NCBI GenBank assembly: GCA_000388065.2
Contig: KB932209.1
Source: Fonticula alba ATCC 38817
Lineage: Eukaryota > Protista > Nucleariida
Direction: 5' to 3' (one strand)
Length of the DNA stretch: 53,393 nucleotides
Positions within the stretch are counted from its first letter, which is position 1. The number at the start of each line of letters is the position of its first letter. Positions 10,930 to 23,074 of the stretch are shown piece after piece. Below the pieces are notes generated by a model that saw only the letters and a program-made list of their open reading frames with translations, had not been told where the DNA came from and ran no database searches. A program made the position numbers and the translations under genes.

Positions 10930-12858
10930 TGGCAGCGGTGGGGGATGAGGAGGAGGAAGAAGGAACAGGGCCCGGGGTCATGGTTACCGGCTGTGGTAAC
11001 CCATCAGAGGCGGGCAGTGCGGGATCCGCGCCGGCCGGCGGGTGGACGCCGCTGCCGGTGGTGGCCGGGCTCGAGTACTTCACCTGGTGCGGACTGGGCG
11101 CGGCGAAGGCGGACCCAAAATCGGGCGGCACCGATTGGGCAGCACCTGGCCCGAGCGGGCCAACGCGCACCCGGCCAAAGGCCAGCACACGCGAGGGCGG
11201 CTCGGCGATGGGTGTCGGCGGGGCGACCGGCCCGCCGGGCTCTGTACCGCCGGCCGAAGAGGGGCTGATAGAGGCAGCCGCCGCGGATGGGTCAACAGGT
11301 GGGCACTCTAGGCAGGACGGCTGGGGGGGCGGTTGGCCAGCCGCCGCGGCCGTGGCACAGGCTGAGCAGCGAGCCGGCGCGGCCGCCGCCGCTGCGATGT
11401 GGCCCATGGCCGAGGATGTCACGGTCGAGGGGATTGACTGGGAGACCCAATCCCGGCGCCGGGCATAGTCCTTGAGAAAGGACCGCGTGGCTGAGGCCTC
11501 CAGACGAACGCGCGCAGCATCGGCCTCGGCGCGCTTCTTGCGGATTGCATGCTCTGGATCGGGGACATTGCGGGGGAGGAGGAACAGAGGGGGTGAGAGA
11601 GAGAGGGGGGAGGGAGAGAAATAGACAGCCCGGCGGCCGGAGGGAGCCGGACTGCTGCGGGAGAACGGCGGGCGGACAAAGGCCCAACAGTGGCGTGATG
11701 GGCAAAAAAAAAAGAATGCGCGGCGAGGGAAGGGGGAGGAGGCGCACACACCCTTGCGATTGTCGATGCCCAAGATCCAAGAGTCGCGGATGATGTCGCC
11801 CTCGGTGATGCCGTCGTCATTGACGTCCGGCATCGTCGGGTCATGGGGAGCACCGGATGCGGTTCCGGCGCCGGAGGCCGCGGCAGAGGCGCTGCCCGGG
11901 ACGCCGGAGCCGCCTCCGGCCGCCATGCGCTGGCGGTAAATCTGCTGCTGCTGCTGTAGAGTGAGCAATTGGCCACGGGGCCGGCCGGCCGTAGCCAGGG
12001 GCAAGCCGCCTCGGGGAGCATCCCACAGGAGGAAGTGCCCGGCGTCCAGGCCATCGGTGGGGGCCTCCGGCCCGTCCAATTCGAAGGATTGCCCCGGGGG
12101 GAGGAACATCTGCGAGTAGGCCGAAGAGTAGGAGGATGAGGAGGCCGGGTGGGCCGAGTTGCCGGTGGTGGGGTGTGGCCGCCGGGCTGTGGAGAAGGCT
12201 GGCGGCAGGCCGCCTGGAGGGGCTGGCGGTGGGACTAGCGTCGCCACTGGATACAGGAGCTTGGGCTGACCATCCTTGCCGGTGGTCGACGAGGGGNNNN
12301 NNNNNNNNNNNNNNNNNNNNNNNNNNNNNNNNNNNNNNNNNNNNNNNNNNNNNNNNNNNNNNNNNNNNNNNNNNNNNNNNNNNNNNNNNNNNNNNNNNNN
12401 NNNNNNNNNNNNNNNNNNNNNNNNNNNNNNNNNNNNNNNNNNNNNNNNNNNNNNNNNNNNNNNNNNNNNNNNNNNNNNNNNNNNNNNNATGCTTTGGGTG
12501 TGGGGGGAGAGAAGGGGGGGGGGGGAGGGGCGTGTGTATGAAGGAGGAAGGGGCGCGCGAGCGCGCGAGAATGGGAGGGCAAGTGGAGGGAGGGCCAGGG
12601 GCGAGGGGAGAATGCTTGCCGTAGGGTGAGGCCCCCTGTGCGTGGACCGGGGCGCAAGAAGAATTCCCCGGATCGTCCCCAGATCTCGGCAGGTGGCGAA
12701 GGCAATGGGGGGGGGGCGGGGGGGGGGCGGGGGGCAGGTACTTGGTCGGCAACCGGAAGGGGCCAGGATCGAAGGATAAAGAACATGGGGCGTGGGGCCG
12801 CGCGAGGCTGGCGCGCTGCTGGCGGGGCCTCGGATTCGCGGAAATTATTCCCGTCCAT
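9998..12858 (-). CDS. Hypothetical low-complexity Ser/Pro/Ala/Thr-rich protein, multi-exon. The 5' part crosses the N-gap 12297-12488 and is uncertain
   Basis: 749-codon ORF containing two intron-like segments with GT..AG ends and pyrimidine tracts. Ordered-looking segments include DSWILGIDNRK and EHAIRKKRAEADAARVRLEASATRSFLKDY. Family not recognised. Confidence 0.6.
12297..12488. other. Assembly gap. Other gaps: 5154-5274, 9292-9326, 13280-13289, 22367-22376, 33998-34104, 48835-49592, 52187-52196
   Basis: Runs of N, mostly adjoining G/C homopolymers or dinucleotide repeats. Confidence 0.99.
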
Positions 12859-15800
12859 GGGGACCGGGAAGAGGGCGCGGGGTCGTGCCGGCCGTGGCCT
12901 GGCCAGGAACGCGGGCGTGCCGGGGCGCCCCTCGGCAACGCGATACACATGCATACTGCAAAAATGGGGAAATTGACATAAGCTGAGACACCACACTCAC
13001 CCTGGCGGGGGGAGAAGCGAGGGGCCCAAAGAGAAAGGCCGGCGGAAATGCGGATGTCGTCAACTAGAACAATGAAGAAACTCGCCACCCATCCCGCCCC
13101 CCCCCCCCCCCCCCCCCCCCCCTACAAACCCCTGGGAGGGGGCCGGGGGGGGGGCGGGGGGAGGTCGGGGGACCCCCCGCCCGGGGGGGGCCGCGGGGGT
13201 CCCCCACAACACCCCCCGCGCCCCCGCCTGGCCCCGGGGGGAAAAACGATCCTGGCCGGGGTGCGTACGCCGGCCAACGNNNNNNNNNNGGGGAAAAACG
13301 ATCCTGGCCGGGGTGCGTACGCCGGCCAACGTGCCGCGGGGGGCAGGAACGGGCGGGGGGCATCGGCCCCTATGCGCGCTGTTGTACTTGGCCTGCCCGT
13401 GGGCCGGTTTTCAAAAAAAATATAAAAAAGACTGCCTGGCCAGGCTAGTCCTTCCGGGGCCTCGGGGCAGGGGGCGGTGGGGGGGGAGGGGGGGGGGGGG
13501 CAACAGGCCGCGCTGTGGGGAGAGCGCAGGGAAGTGGGCCGGGGAAGGCGCAACACCTGTCTCCGCAGCCAGGGGCGCTCAGCCCGGCTCCCCCCCCCCC
13601 GGGGGGGGGGGAGGGGGCTACAAAAGGGCCTGCGTGCGGCTTAATGGCACCCGGCAATCGGAGAGGCACCTTGGCAGGGAGTCCCGACCTGGGTAGTCAT
13701 GCTTCCGGCCCCGCCCTGCGCTGTACCCTTGTGCATGCGCTTGCTCATGCACGCCGAGGAGAGGGGGGGGTGAGCGGGCGCCGGCCGGGTCATGTGTGGC
13801 CCCGGTCGTCCGGGCCCACCTGGAACGTACCTCGGCCGGCGTACACCAAAAGGGGCCGGTCATGCGGGGCAGGGCGGGGCGGGGCGAGGGAGCGGAGACA
13901 GGCGCGTGTGGAGCTAAATCGATCGATCGGGGGCCTGCCACGGAGGGGGGGGGGGGGAGCCGCTCCGAGTCTCCTTCCTGCGTATGTGGTGTTTGGGCAT
14001 GAACCGGTATTATTATATTCGCCACAAGATTGCAGGGCGTGCGTGGCCTACGCCGCCGCCGGGGCCGGGAGAACGCGCCCCGCCCGTCATCGGGGTGTGA
14101 CCTCACTATCGGGCTAGGATGGCGCAGTGCGAGTCGAAAAAAAAAGAAGAGAGACCAAGCCATTGAGGACCGCCCCTCCCAGCATGTCGAGGTTATCGGC
14201 GGGGTATTTTCCCCTCCCGTCGACCCCGCCGCGGCGCGCGCGGAGACTTCGGGCCTCGGCGCCACCTCTTCCCCGGACCGACTCATGCGCAACACCCCGG
14301 GACTTGGGTGTCCTCGGGCGGGCCGGGCCCGCGGGCCCCAGGGGGGCGGTGGTGGTGCTGCGGCCCCGCCCGGGCGTGTGGGGGGGGGGGGGGCGTATGT
14401 CGCGGGCGTATGTGTGCCCTTTTTGCCTGCCTGCTGTACTCCCGCAGACAGGGGCGCGTTGTTTGCTCCGCGCCCGCCCTCCCCCCCCCCCCACGCGGGC
14501 TCATTCGCAAGGATGCTCTCCTCATGTGCACAACTTAGACATGTATGCTCCCCCCCCTCCCCCCCGCCAGTGAGGAGCATACGCACCGGCCCCCCGCACC
14601 CGGGGCCACGGCGTCTTGTTTACACTATCAAGCCACTCGCTGCTCGGGTTGCCTGGGCCCTGGCGGCCACCGCGCCCGGGGCCGCCCGTCTGCCAGGGCG
14701 CCGGAGGACTCCCCCACTTCAGAACAGCCCGCGTCCTCGGGGATATCACATGTGGGCGTGATCTCCTCCGCGGCGAGATGATCTTCTCCGGCGTGCGTGT
14801 GCTGCGGTTGACTCCCGTGCCCGCCGGCGGGGCCTTGCGCGGGAGGGGGGCGGCCCTGGCGCCCGCGCATGCGCGGGGGGTGGCGGCTGTGACAACGACG
14901 CCGGTCGGGCCGTCCGGCCCTGAAGACGAGGAATCGTGTGTGTTGGCTGGCCGGGCACCGGTGTTTTGTCCTAGGCAAGGATGCTGTCCGGGGGGGGGGG
15001 AGATCAACCACGCAAACGCTCCAGGCCCCAAGCGGGAGAACCCTGCGGCTCATTGGGGGCCAAACGTCACGTTGTCGTCCGTTAGACCCACCACCCGGCC
15101 TTTGAAGGCCGTTGCCCTTGCCCCCCGCCCCCCCCCCCCCGCTTCCCCGGAGGCCAGCCCTGCGAGGAATGTGGCCGGTCGCTTGCAAGTCGTACGCATG
15201 CTCACACAGTCGAGCGCACGAGCGCCTGGCATTCCCGCGCGCGCGCGCGCCCACCCGCACCCCCAGCGGCGCGGGAGCCGGGCCAACCCTATCCTGGACT
15301 AGGTCAGGGTTCGGCCCGTGCGTGCGAGCTGGAGGTCTCGTCCCGCGGCCTTTCTCCCGCCCGCCCCCGTGCCCGTTAGCGCCCCTCCCCCCCTCCCCCC
15401 CCAGTGCACGGGCATGCGCTTTTTCCGGACCTCCTCGCTGGCCGTTCTCTCGGGGCCCCTTCTTTGAGATGGGGCTCATCGCGCTCGCATGTGGCATCTG
15501 CCGATATAATTAAAGTCCACAGACCGCGGAAGGCTCTTCGAGTGATGGAGTTGCTCCCTCTCCGGTGTTCCCTGCCCGTTCCTGCGCGCTCGCACTCTCT
15601 CTCTCTCTCGCTGAAGCGCCAGGTGGCCGCGCCTTCATCAGGCGATGTGCGCCTGAACAAGCCGGCCCGGATGGGGCTCTGGGGAGGGGGGGGGGGGGCG
15701 GATGTCAAGAGCACCCTCTGAACTTGGGTCCCGGCATGCTGTCTAGCGCTTCCCGGCCGGGCACCGGCACGGGAGTGGCGGCGCGGACCTGCGTCCCGCG

Positions 15801-17669
15801 ACGCGCCCCGCGATGGTTGAGCTGGAGCGAGCCAGAGAAAAGTGAGGTGTCCTCAGGGTCCGGGCCGGGAGGAATGTACATCGCGCGCGTGCGGCACTGC
15901 CTACACCGGTGACACGCACGCACACGGAGACACTCGTGCGCAGCCATCGGCCGACGGACGGTCGGCCTCCCAACCGAGGGGAGCGGGTAGGTTCACGGCC
16001 GGCCGCGCTTGGCTTGAATGCCGCCACAGGAGCCGGGCCCCCTCCCCCCAGTCCGTGGTAACCTGTTGTTCGCGAACTCCATTTTCGGTCCCCCTCCCCC
16101 CCGCGATCCCCCCTTCCTTGCTTGTCGGGACAGGGGCAAGCTTCCGTTATCCGGAGGAGGTTGCCTGGGCGCCCTGGCGCGTGCGCCGCCCGCAGGTGGG
16201 AGGGCAGGGGCGAGGAGGGCGGGCGGGGGGGGGGGGGGGAATTCCACCGCCCCCGGGCGCGCGGGTGTGGCATGCGGCATGCGTGTCGCGCGGGCCTCCG
16301 GGGGCTGTGTGTTCACCCGCGCGCCGACTGTCCAGGGTGGAGGGCGACGCATACCAATTGTCGCCCGCCCCGCCAAGAGCCCGGAAAATGCCCGGGGAAT
16401 GTCCCACCCTCTTCTGTTGTCGCTCGCGCCCCCGCCCCCCCCCCTCCCGTTGTGGCGCCTCCCGATCCGAGAATTCCCCCCCCCCCCCCCCCCCGACCGA
16501 TGTGCCGCCTCGTAGTGTGGCGTTTGCCCGTGGCTAGGCGGCTTGCCAAGCTAACCCTACCTCATGCCGGTTCTCTTGGCGCGGTCTTTTCTTCCCGTGT
16601 GCCACGTCCCTGCCAGCCCCGCCTCCCGCCCCTTCGCGCCTGGTCTTGGGGCTCTTGTGCGCGCGCGAACAGCTAGCCCCGCGCTGCGGTGTAGTCAAAG
16701 CAGGGGGGCTATTCGCCAACGGCAGAGCGAGCGAGTGTGTCTGTGTATGTGCCGTGTGCGTCTGTGCGCAAGTGTGTCCGCCCGCCACCCCGCCACCCCG
16801 GCCCGACCCGGTTCGCCGGTTGGATGCAAGCAACGGTTGACCTCCCCGTGAAAATCCCCCCAGTGCACAGCCATGGGCCGCTCGGCTCTCCCCTGTGCCA
16901 GTGCCACGCACGAGAGCCGGGCCCTTGTTTCGCCTGTGACCTGGGGGGCGCCGAGCCGCCTGTGCGAACACCGATGTGCAGGCCGGTGTAGGCGCATCCG
17001 CATGATCGGTCAATCCCAAGTCGGCGGCGGAATATTGCCCGCGTTCGCCGCCCCCCCCCCCCCCCCCGAGCCCCTTTGTGCCGGTGAGCCCAACCGACGC
17101 CCTCGACTGCCAGGGCTCCGCAGTAGTGTCTCCGTTCGGTGGGAGAGGGGGCCCCTCCTTTTTCCTGCGGCGTCCCTCTGCGCGCCCTCTGGCGGCCGCA
17201 GGCCGCCTCGCCCGGCAGCCACTTCCTCCGGGGCAATACCCGTGGGCTGTTGTTTTGCCACTGGCCATTCTCGGGCCGCCCTCCGCCACTTCCCTCCCGA
17301 CTGGCACATGCGACCGCCTTGCCGCTGACGCTGTTGTACACCCCCGTTCCCATATCCTCGGCCCCCTCGGCCCCCTCGCCCCCCCCCCCGGGGCATCGAA
17401 CTTCTTTTTCTTGGTGCCCTCGCTCATGGTGCTCTGGCCAGTGTCCTCGGGCCTTCTTCTGCCCCTTTTTCCGGTCCCCTTCCTTGCATGCTATTCAGTG
17501 CTCTCCCGGTGTGTCTCCCCCCCCCCCCCCCCCCGGGCCCCGGGGCCCCCCGGGGCTGTAACACGGGGGGGGGGGGGGGGGGGGGGGGGGGGGCGGGGGG
17601 GGGGGGGGGCGGCAAAAAGGGCGGCCTCCCCCCCGAGCGGGGGGCCGTCCCCCACACCCCCCCCCCCCG

Positions 17670-17707
<38 letters not shown>

Positions 17708-18925
17708 TTTGGGCTCCACTTTTCTTTTTTTGTGCCCCCCCCCACGGTGCGCTCGGCCCGGGTCCCTCGGCCCCTTTCTCCCCCCTTTTCCCGCCCCCCC
17801 TCCTGCCTCCTCTTTAAGCCCCCCCCGCGGTGTCCCCCCCCCCCCCCCCCCCGGGTGCCTGGGCACCCAGAGGCATGTACAGGGGGGGGGGGGGGGGCGA
17901 GCGGAGGAGACCGGCGCGCGTGGGAGAGCCGACAAAGCGATGACCTTCCCCGGCAGCTGGTCGCTCTCGCAGCCGTCGCACCCGTGCGCCCCCCCCCCCC
18001 CCCACATACTCCCAGCCCAGTGGGCTTGTCTCGCACACTGTCAGGGCGGCGGGGGACACCTCAGGACCGAAGGATCCACGTAGCCTGGCCGCCCCTTGCC
18101 GTCTGCCGCCCTCCGGCCACAGCTCCACCAACCCTAGGACCGTTGGTCGAAAAGGGCCCAGAGCGAGGCGAACGGCTTCCACGGTGGGTGGACGCCGCGG
18201 CCCCCTTCTCTTCTCCCGCCCCCAGGCCCGCTGCACCCCCTTGTCCCTGGCCATTCTCAAGGCGGGCGGGCGGGCGAGCGAGGAGCCGGGTGTGTGAGGT
18301 TGTGTTTCGGCGGGCGCCGCTGGACGTGCCGTCTCTCTCTCCTTCTCCAGAGAAGGGCCCGGCGTCCCCCGCGCGTGGAGCGCAGGGACGCGCATGCGCT
18401 CGCGCATGCACACGCGCGCGCGCGTGCCCGCCCCGGGAGGCTCCGCTCCCCGTTGCGCACCGTCCATCCTCCCCCTCCCCCGGCCTTGGCGGGCAGATTC
18501 AACCGAAATTAAGGGAACCATCCCCTCGAACCGGCCGCCCCGCGGCCGCGAAACAACCCCAGATTGCGCCCCTACCAACGCCTTCTCCCTCCTTCCTATC
18601 CTCCCCTGCCTGCCTGCCGCCTCCCCTCTGCTCGCCGTCGCCCCCCCCTCGCCTGCCTGCGCTCGACTTGCGCCGCGCATCCCCTCCCCTCCCTTCCCCC
18701 TTTCCCTTCCCCCTCCCCTCCCCGCCCGACCCGCGCCTGTTTCTTTCTTCTACGTCTTCACGCCGAGACCTGTTCGTTTCGTCCGCCTACTTGCCCTTTC
18801 GCTCGCCCCTGCCCTCCGATTTCTCGCGCTTGGCTTCCACTCCGGTGTTGCCTACAAAAAGCTCTTCTCTCTCTCTCTCTCTTTCTCGCCCCCCCCGCAC
18901 TCACCTCCATTCGCCTCTTCCCCCG

Positions 18926-18960
<35 letters not shown>

Positions 18961-19016
18961 GCTTCCCCGTCCGCTTCTTGACGCACACAGAAAGCGCCCA
19001 GTCTCCTTCCGCAACC

Positions 19017-20592
19017 ATGGGTAACACGATCTCCTCCCCGAAGAAGCTGACCGACGGCAAGAAGCCCTCCAAGAAGATCACTCGTGATCAGATCGGTCTC
19101 CCTCGCGACTTCCAGGTTCGTGGCTTCGCTCTTCTCCTCCACCTCCATGCCCGATCCTCCCTGGTCACTCTCCGCCTCCCCCTCGGGACTCACCTATCTG
19201 CCCGGGCTCTTCCCCTTTCTCTCCGCCTCCTTCCCCCTCTCCCCCTCAACCTCTCGCAGCACACTAGCCATGTTGGTGCCGGTGATGTCTCCTCTGCCCC
19301 GGAGTCTGCCTTCAATCCGGACATGCCCCGTCGTACGCCCGGGGAGAATGCAGCCATCGAGGCCCGGGTTAACGCTCGCCTTGCTGCCCTGGACCTCGAC
19401 GCTGATGTATGTTGTGTTTTGCTTCTTCTTCTTTTTTTTTGCCCCCGCCCGCTGGCCACTCGTTGTTCCTCCCCGGCTTCTCCCTCATCGCAGCTCCTAA
19501 CATGTGTGCCGGGCTGTTGGTCTCCCTTGCCTTCCTTCTGCTGGCCTACCTCCCCCCCCCCCCCAGGACCCTCTTGCTTCTCTCCCCCCGCGTGACGAGG
19601 CCGCTGCTCCTGTCGAGGAGGCCGCTGCCCCTGCTGAGGAGACTGCCACCCCTGCTGAGGCGGCTGTTCCTCAGTCTGCCTCGGCCACCTCCTTTGACTC
19701 GGCTGTGACTGCTTCCGAGGGCCCGGTCTCTACCTCCCCTGCTGTTGCTGTTGCTGTGGAGGAGGCCGCCCCTGTGGAGGAGGCCGCTCCTGTTGAGGAG
19801 ACTCCCGTCGAGGAGGCCGGCCCCGTCGAGGAGGCCGCCCCCGTCGAGGAGACCGCCCCTGTTGAGGAGGCTGCCCCCGTGGAGGAGGCTGCCCCTGTTG
19901 AGGAGGCTGCCCCTGTTGAGGAGGCTGCCCCTGTTGAGGAGGCTGCCCCTGTTGAGGAGGCTGCCCCTGTTGAGGAGGCTGCCCCCGTGGAGGAGGTCGC
20001 TCCTGTTGAGGAGACCTCCGTCGAGGAGGCCGCTCCTGTTGAGGAGACCTCCGTCGAGGAGGCCGCCCCTGTTGAGGAGACCGCCCCCATGGAGGAGTCC
20101 CACATCGAGCCGGTTATCACCCCGATGCCCATCACCATGGTCCCGATCATGGCCTCCTCCATGTCGATGGATGATGACTCGGAGCAGCCGGACCTGGCTG
20201 CCACTGCCGCCCGCGCCGAGGAGGATGCCCCTCCGGGCCACCACATCCCCATGACCACCGGTGGCGATGTCCCGGTTGGCGAGGAGTCCTTCAGCCTGGA
20301 CACCCCTCCCCATGGCCACCTGCCGGAGGATGAGGATCAGGACCTGCATCATGCCGACTCGGCTGACGAGCTGTCCCACACTTCCGACGACAAGCCGGAC
20401 CTCCTGATGGAGACCTCTTCGGAGCCCATTGAGGCGCTGGTCCAGTCCTCGCTGGCCGAGGAGGAGCCGGCCGCCGCGGCCGCCGCTCCTGCCGAGGAGC
20501 CGGCCGCCCCGGCCGAGGAGGACGATGAGACTGCCGGCAAGGCTCAGCCCGAGGCCGCTGTTGCCGTCGAGGAGGAGTCCCTCTCGTCGTAA
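19017..20592 (+). CDS. CRIB-motif protein with predicted N-myristoylation and an acidic Glu/Ala/Pro repeat tail (~423 aa). Exons 19017-19115, 19260-19406, 19567-20592
   Basis: Splicing assembles IGLPRDFQ|HTSHVG, matching the CRIB consensus ISxPxxFxHxxHVG. MGNTIS N-terminus followed by a Lys cluster. Three phase-0 exons total 1272 nt. Confidence 0.88.
19759..20091 (+). repeat. Coding minisatellite: ~19 units of 18 bp (some 15 bp) encoding EEAAPV variants
   Basis: Tandem gaggaggctgcccctgtt and variants read directly in the sequence. Confidence 0.95.
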
Positions 20593-21420
20593 GTGTGCAC
20601 CAGTGGTGTGCCTCCTACGCTGCCATAGCCCTGCTGCGCCCTCCTCCCCCCCCCTTTCCCCCCCCCTCTCTCTCTCTCTCTATCTATCGTTCCATCGTTT
20701 CCTCGATCTGTTCCATCCTCCTCCCCTACCCCCGCTCTCCCTGTGCAAGCCACCAGCACCGGGCACTCGCTCCCAACATGTGTGCCGCATGTGAGCGCGC
20801 GCGCGCGCGCACTTCCCCCCCATGTGCCCGGTTGTCGCTGTCGCTGCCACTTTCCCCCACTCTTCTTCTCCCCTTTCTCCTCCCCCTCTGTCCTTGCACC
20901 TTTCTCGATATCCTGCGCGCACGCGCGCACGCGCATATGCGTGTGCATCCACTGCCGCAGCGTGTTGCCGATACTACATCCCCTCGTCCCCCAGTTTCTC
21001 TCTCTCTCCCTCTCTCTCTTTCCCTCTCTCTCTCTCTCTCTCTCCCTCCCTCCCCCTCTCCCGGCCCCCCTCCATACACACGCGTGTATGTGCGAGAGGG
21101 GGGGGGGTCACCCGGAGGGTAGCTTCTTCCCGCACACTTTCGCCACGCGGCGCCACGGGCAAGTTTACCAGGAGGGGAAGCGGGGCGGGAGTAGGGCAAG
21201 TAGACTTCTCTTCTTGTTGAGATTCTGTGTGCAATGTGCGCCTATGCCATTGTTCCCGCCCTCTTCAGATGGTGTCACACCGCAGTGCACATGTTCATGC
21301 GTGTGCCTTTTTCAGCCCCATTTCACTCGCTGCTCCCACTTTCTCCTCGCTCCTCCCTTGTCTCGAGGTTCCGGCAGGTGTTCCACTCAATACAACAACG
21401 ACCTTCCACATACCAGCATA

Positions 21421-21495
21421 CTGTCTCTCTTCCCCCTGTCTCTCTTCCCCCTGTCTCTCTTCCCCCTGTCTCTCTTCCCCCTGTCTCTCTTCCCC
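21421..21495. repeat. Five tandem copies of the 15-bp unit ctgtctctcttcccc
   Basis: Direct inspection. Confidence 0.9.
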
Positions 21496-23074
21496 CCCCC
21501 CTCTCTCTGCCCCCCAAACGCTCAGGACCGTTTGTCACAACTCTCGTGAGGAAAGGGGATGTCCTCTTCCCCCTCTCTCTGCGCCCTTACTCGAGACATA
21601 TATTGTTGTGCTTTGCCTTCATACTCTTGTTTTGGACAATGACCAGCACGGGGAGAAGAAAGTCCATCCCGTCGCGGCCTGCCTTTCGGACCGCACCCGG
21701 CTTGACCGGGGCTGCCATGCATCCGCCAATGACGGGGTGCTTCCCCCCCCCCCCCCCCGATGCACCAGGACCATACGTGAGACATGGAGGCAAAAAAATG
21801 CCCATCAAAATGATACAAAGCAATACCTTTGTCCAACCAGAGAAAGGCCCACAGAGGCCCAGCGCGCGGCGGGAGCAAAAAAACAGTATGCGTGGTCCCC
21901 CCTCCCCCGTCCTGCTCCTGAAGCCCTGCCAGAAGACGCGTCGTAAAATCTGACCTCACAGCAGTCGGCCAACAATAGATCACGAGAGCAATACGTAAGT
22001 ATAGCCAGCAATTTTCCTTTCCCATCCGTTGGCCAGACGCACGGTGCGCTGCCGGACGCGGGGGCGAGCAGGGGTGTTGGTGGGCTCGCACGGTCTGGCG
22101 AAGGAGCGGGGGGCGGGGGCGGGGGCGGGGGCGGGAGGGCTGCGAGAGGAGCGACGGAGAGAAAAGTCCCAAAAGTCTGAATGGGAAGGACCAGCATGAG
22201 TCTCGATGTAGAAGTATTCGCCTCCCGGCAAATACCCTCTCCCCGGCCAGTGTGCGTGGAGCTGCATGGGCACCCCTCTCCCCATTCTACCTGGAACAAG
22301 GGCACGGGGGGGGGGGGGGAGGCTGACCACCAGGCGCCACTCACTTGCTCTCCGATCTTCTGGCCGNNNNNNNNNNGGGGGGGGGATCTTCACGCTGAGG
22401 GAGGCATGGCAGGCAGTACGGCAGCCACGACACTGGGCGACCCACTCGGCCAGTGTGCTCCTCTTGCCGGTAAAAAAGGCGGGGGGGGGGCGGCGGGAAA
22501 GGCTGGGGTCATCCCCCCTCGGGGATGCCCTACCCAACCCCACCGGTCCGGGGGGAGGGATATGAACAACAAACCAGCCCGGATCCGGGACTGGTCTTCG
22601 GGCCGTGCGCCAGGCCGACCGACTGAATTCCCCCGACAGCTGGCCTGGCCGGGCTCTCAAATGCACCCGAGCGCGGTCGCAGCGGTTAGGCCCCCGCTGT
22701 GTCTGTCTCTGCGTCTCCGTATTTTGGTCCCCCCTCCCCGTGCGTGTGCTTGTGTGCTTGTGTGCTTGTGCGAGGAGGTTGCGGGAAGGTCTCCCGAGTG
22801 GCGCGGCGAGGTGTCTTTGGCCGAGGCTTGCTTTTCCTCCCGGCGCCTTTTTGGCAGCCCCGGCCGCACAGCCAGGCCACGCCGCTCGCTGGCACCCCTT
22901 CCTCTTGCCCGCGCCTCCTCTCTTTTGTTTCTCCTCCCCTCCCCATTTGCCATCCACCCCATCCGCCGGGAGACGCCATCCTCCTCCGTTTGTTCCTCCC
23001 CTTGCCTCGCTGCCCCTGGTGTCCGCTCGCGCCCCCACCCCGGGACGCGCCGACTCCCGCCGCCGTAGCCCACC

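Noticed and set aside
13238-13331. 42-bp direct repeat
   Set aside because: The copies sit on either side of a 10-N gap, typical of an unmerged contig overlap.
17078-19024. 648-aa Pro/Gly-rich ORF
   Set aside because: Built from homopolymer runs, a garbled duplication and CT tracts; not coding-like.
19759-20091. Regular repeats resembling a CRISPR array
   Set aside because: Units are contiguous with no unique spacers, lie in a coding exon, and no cas genes are present.
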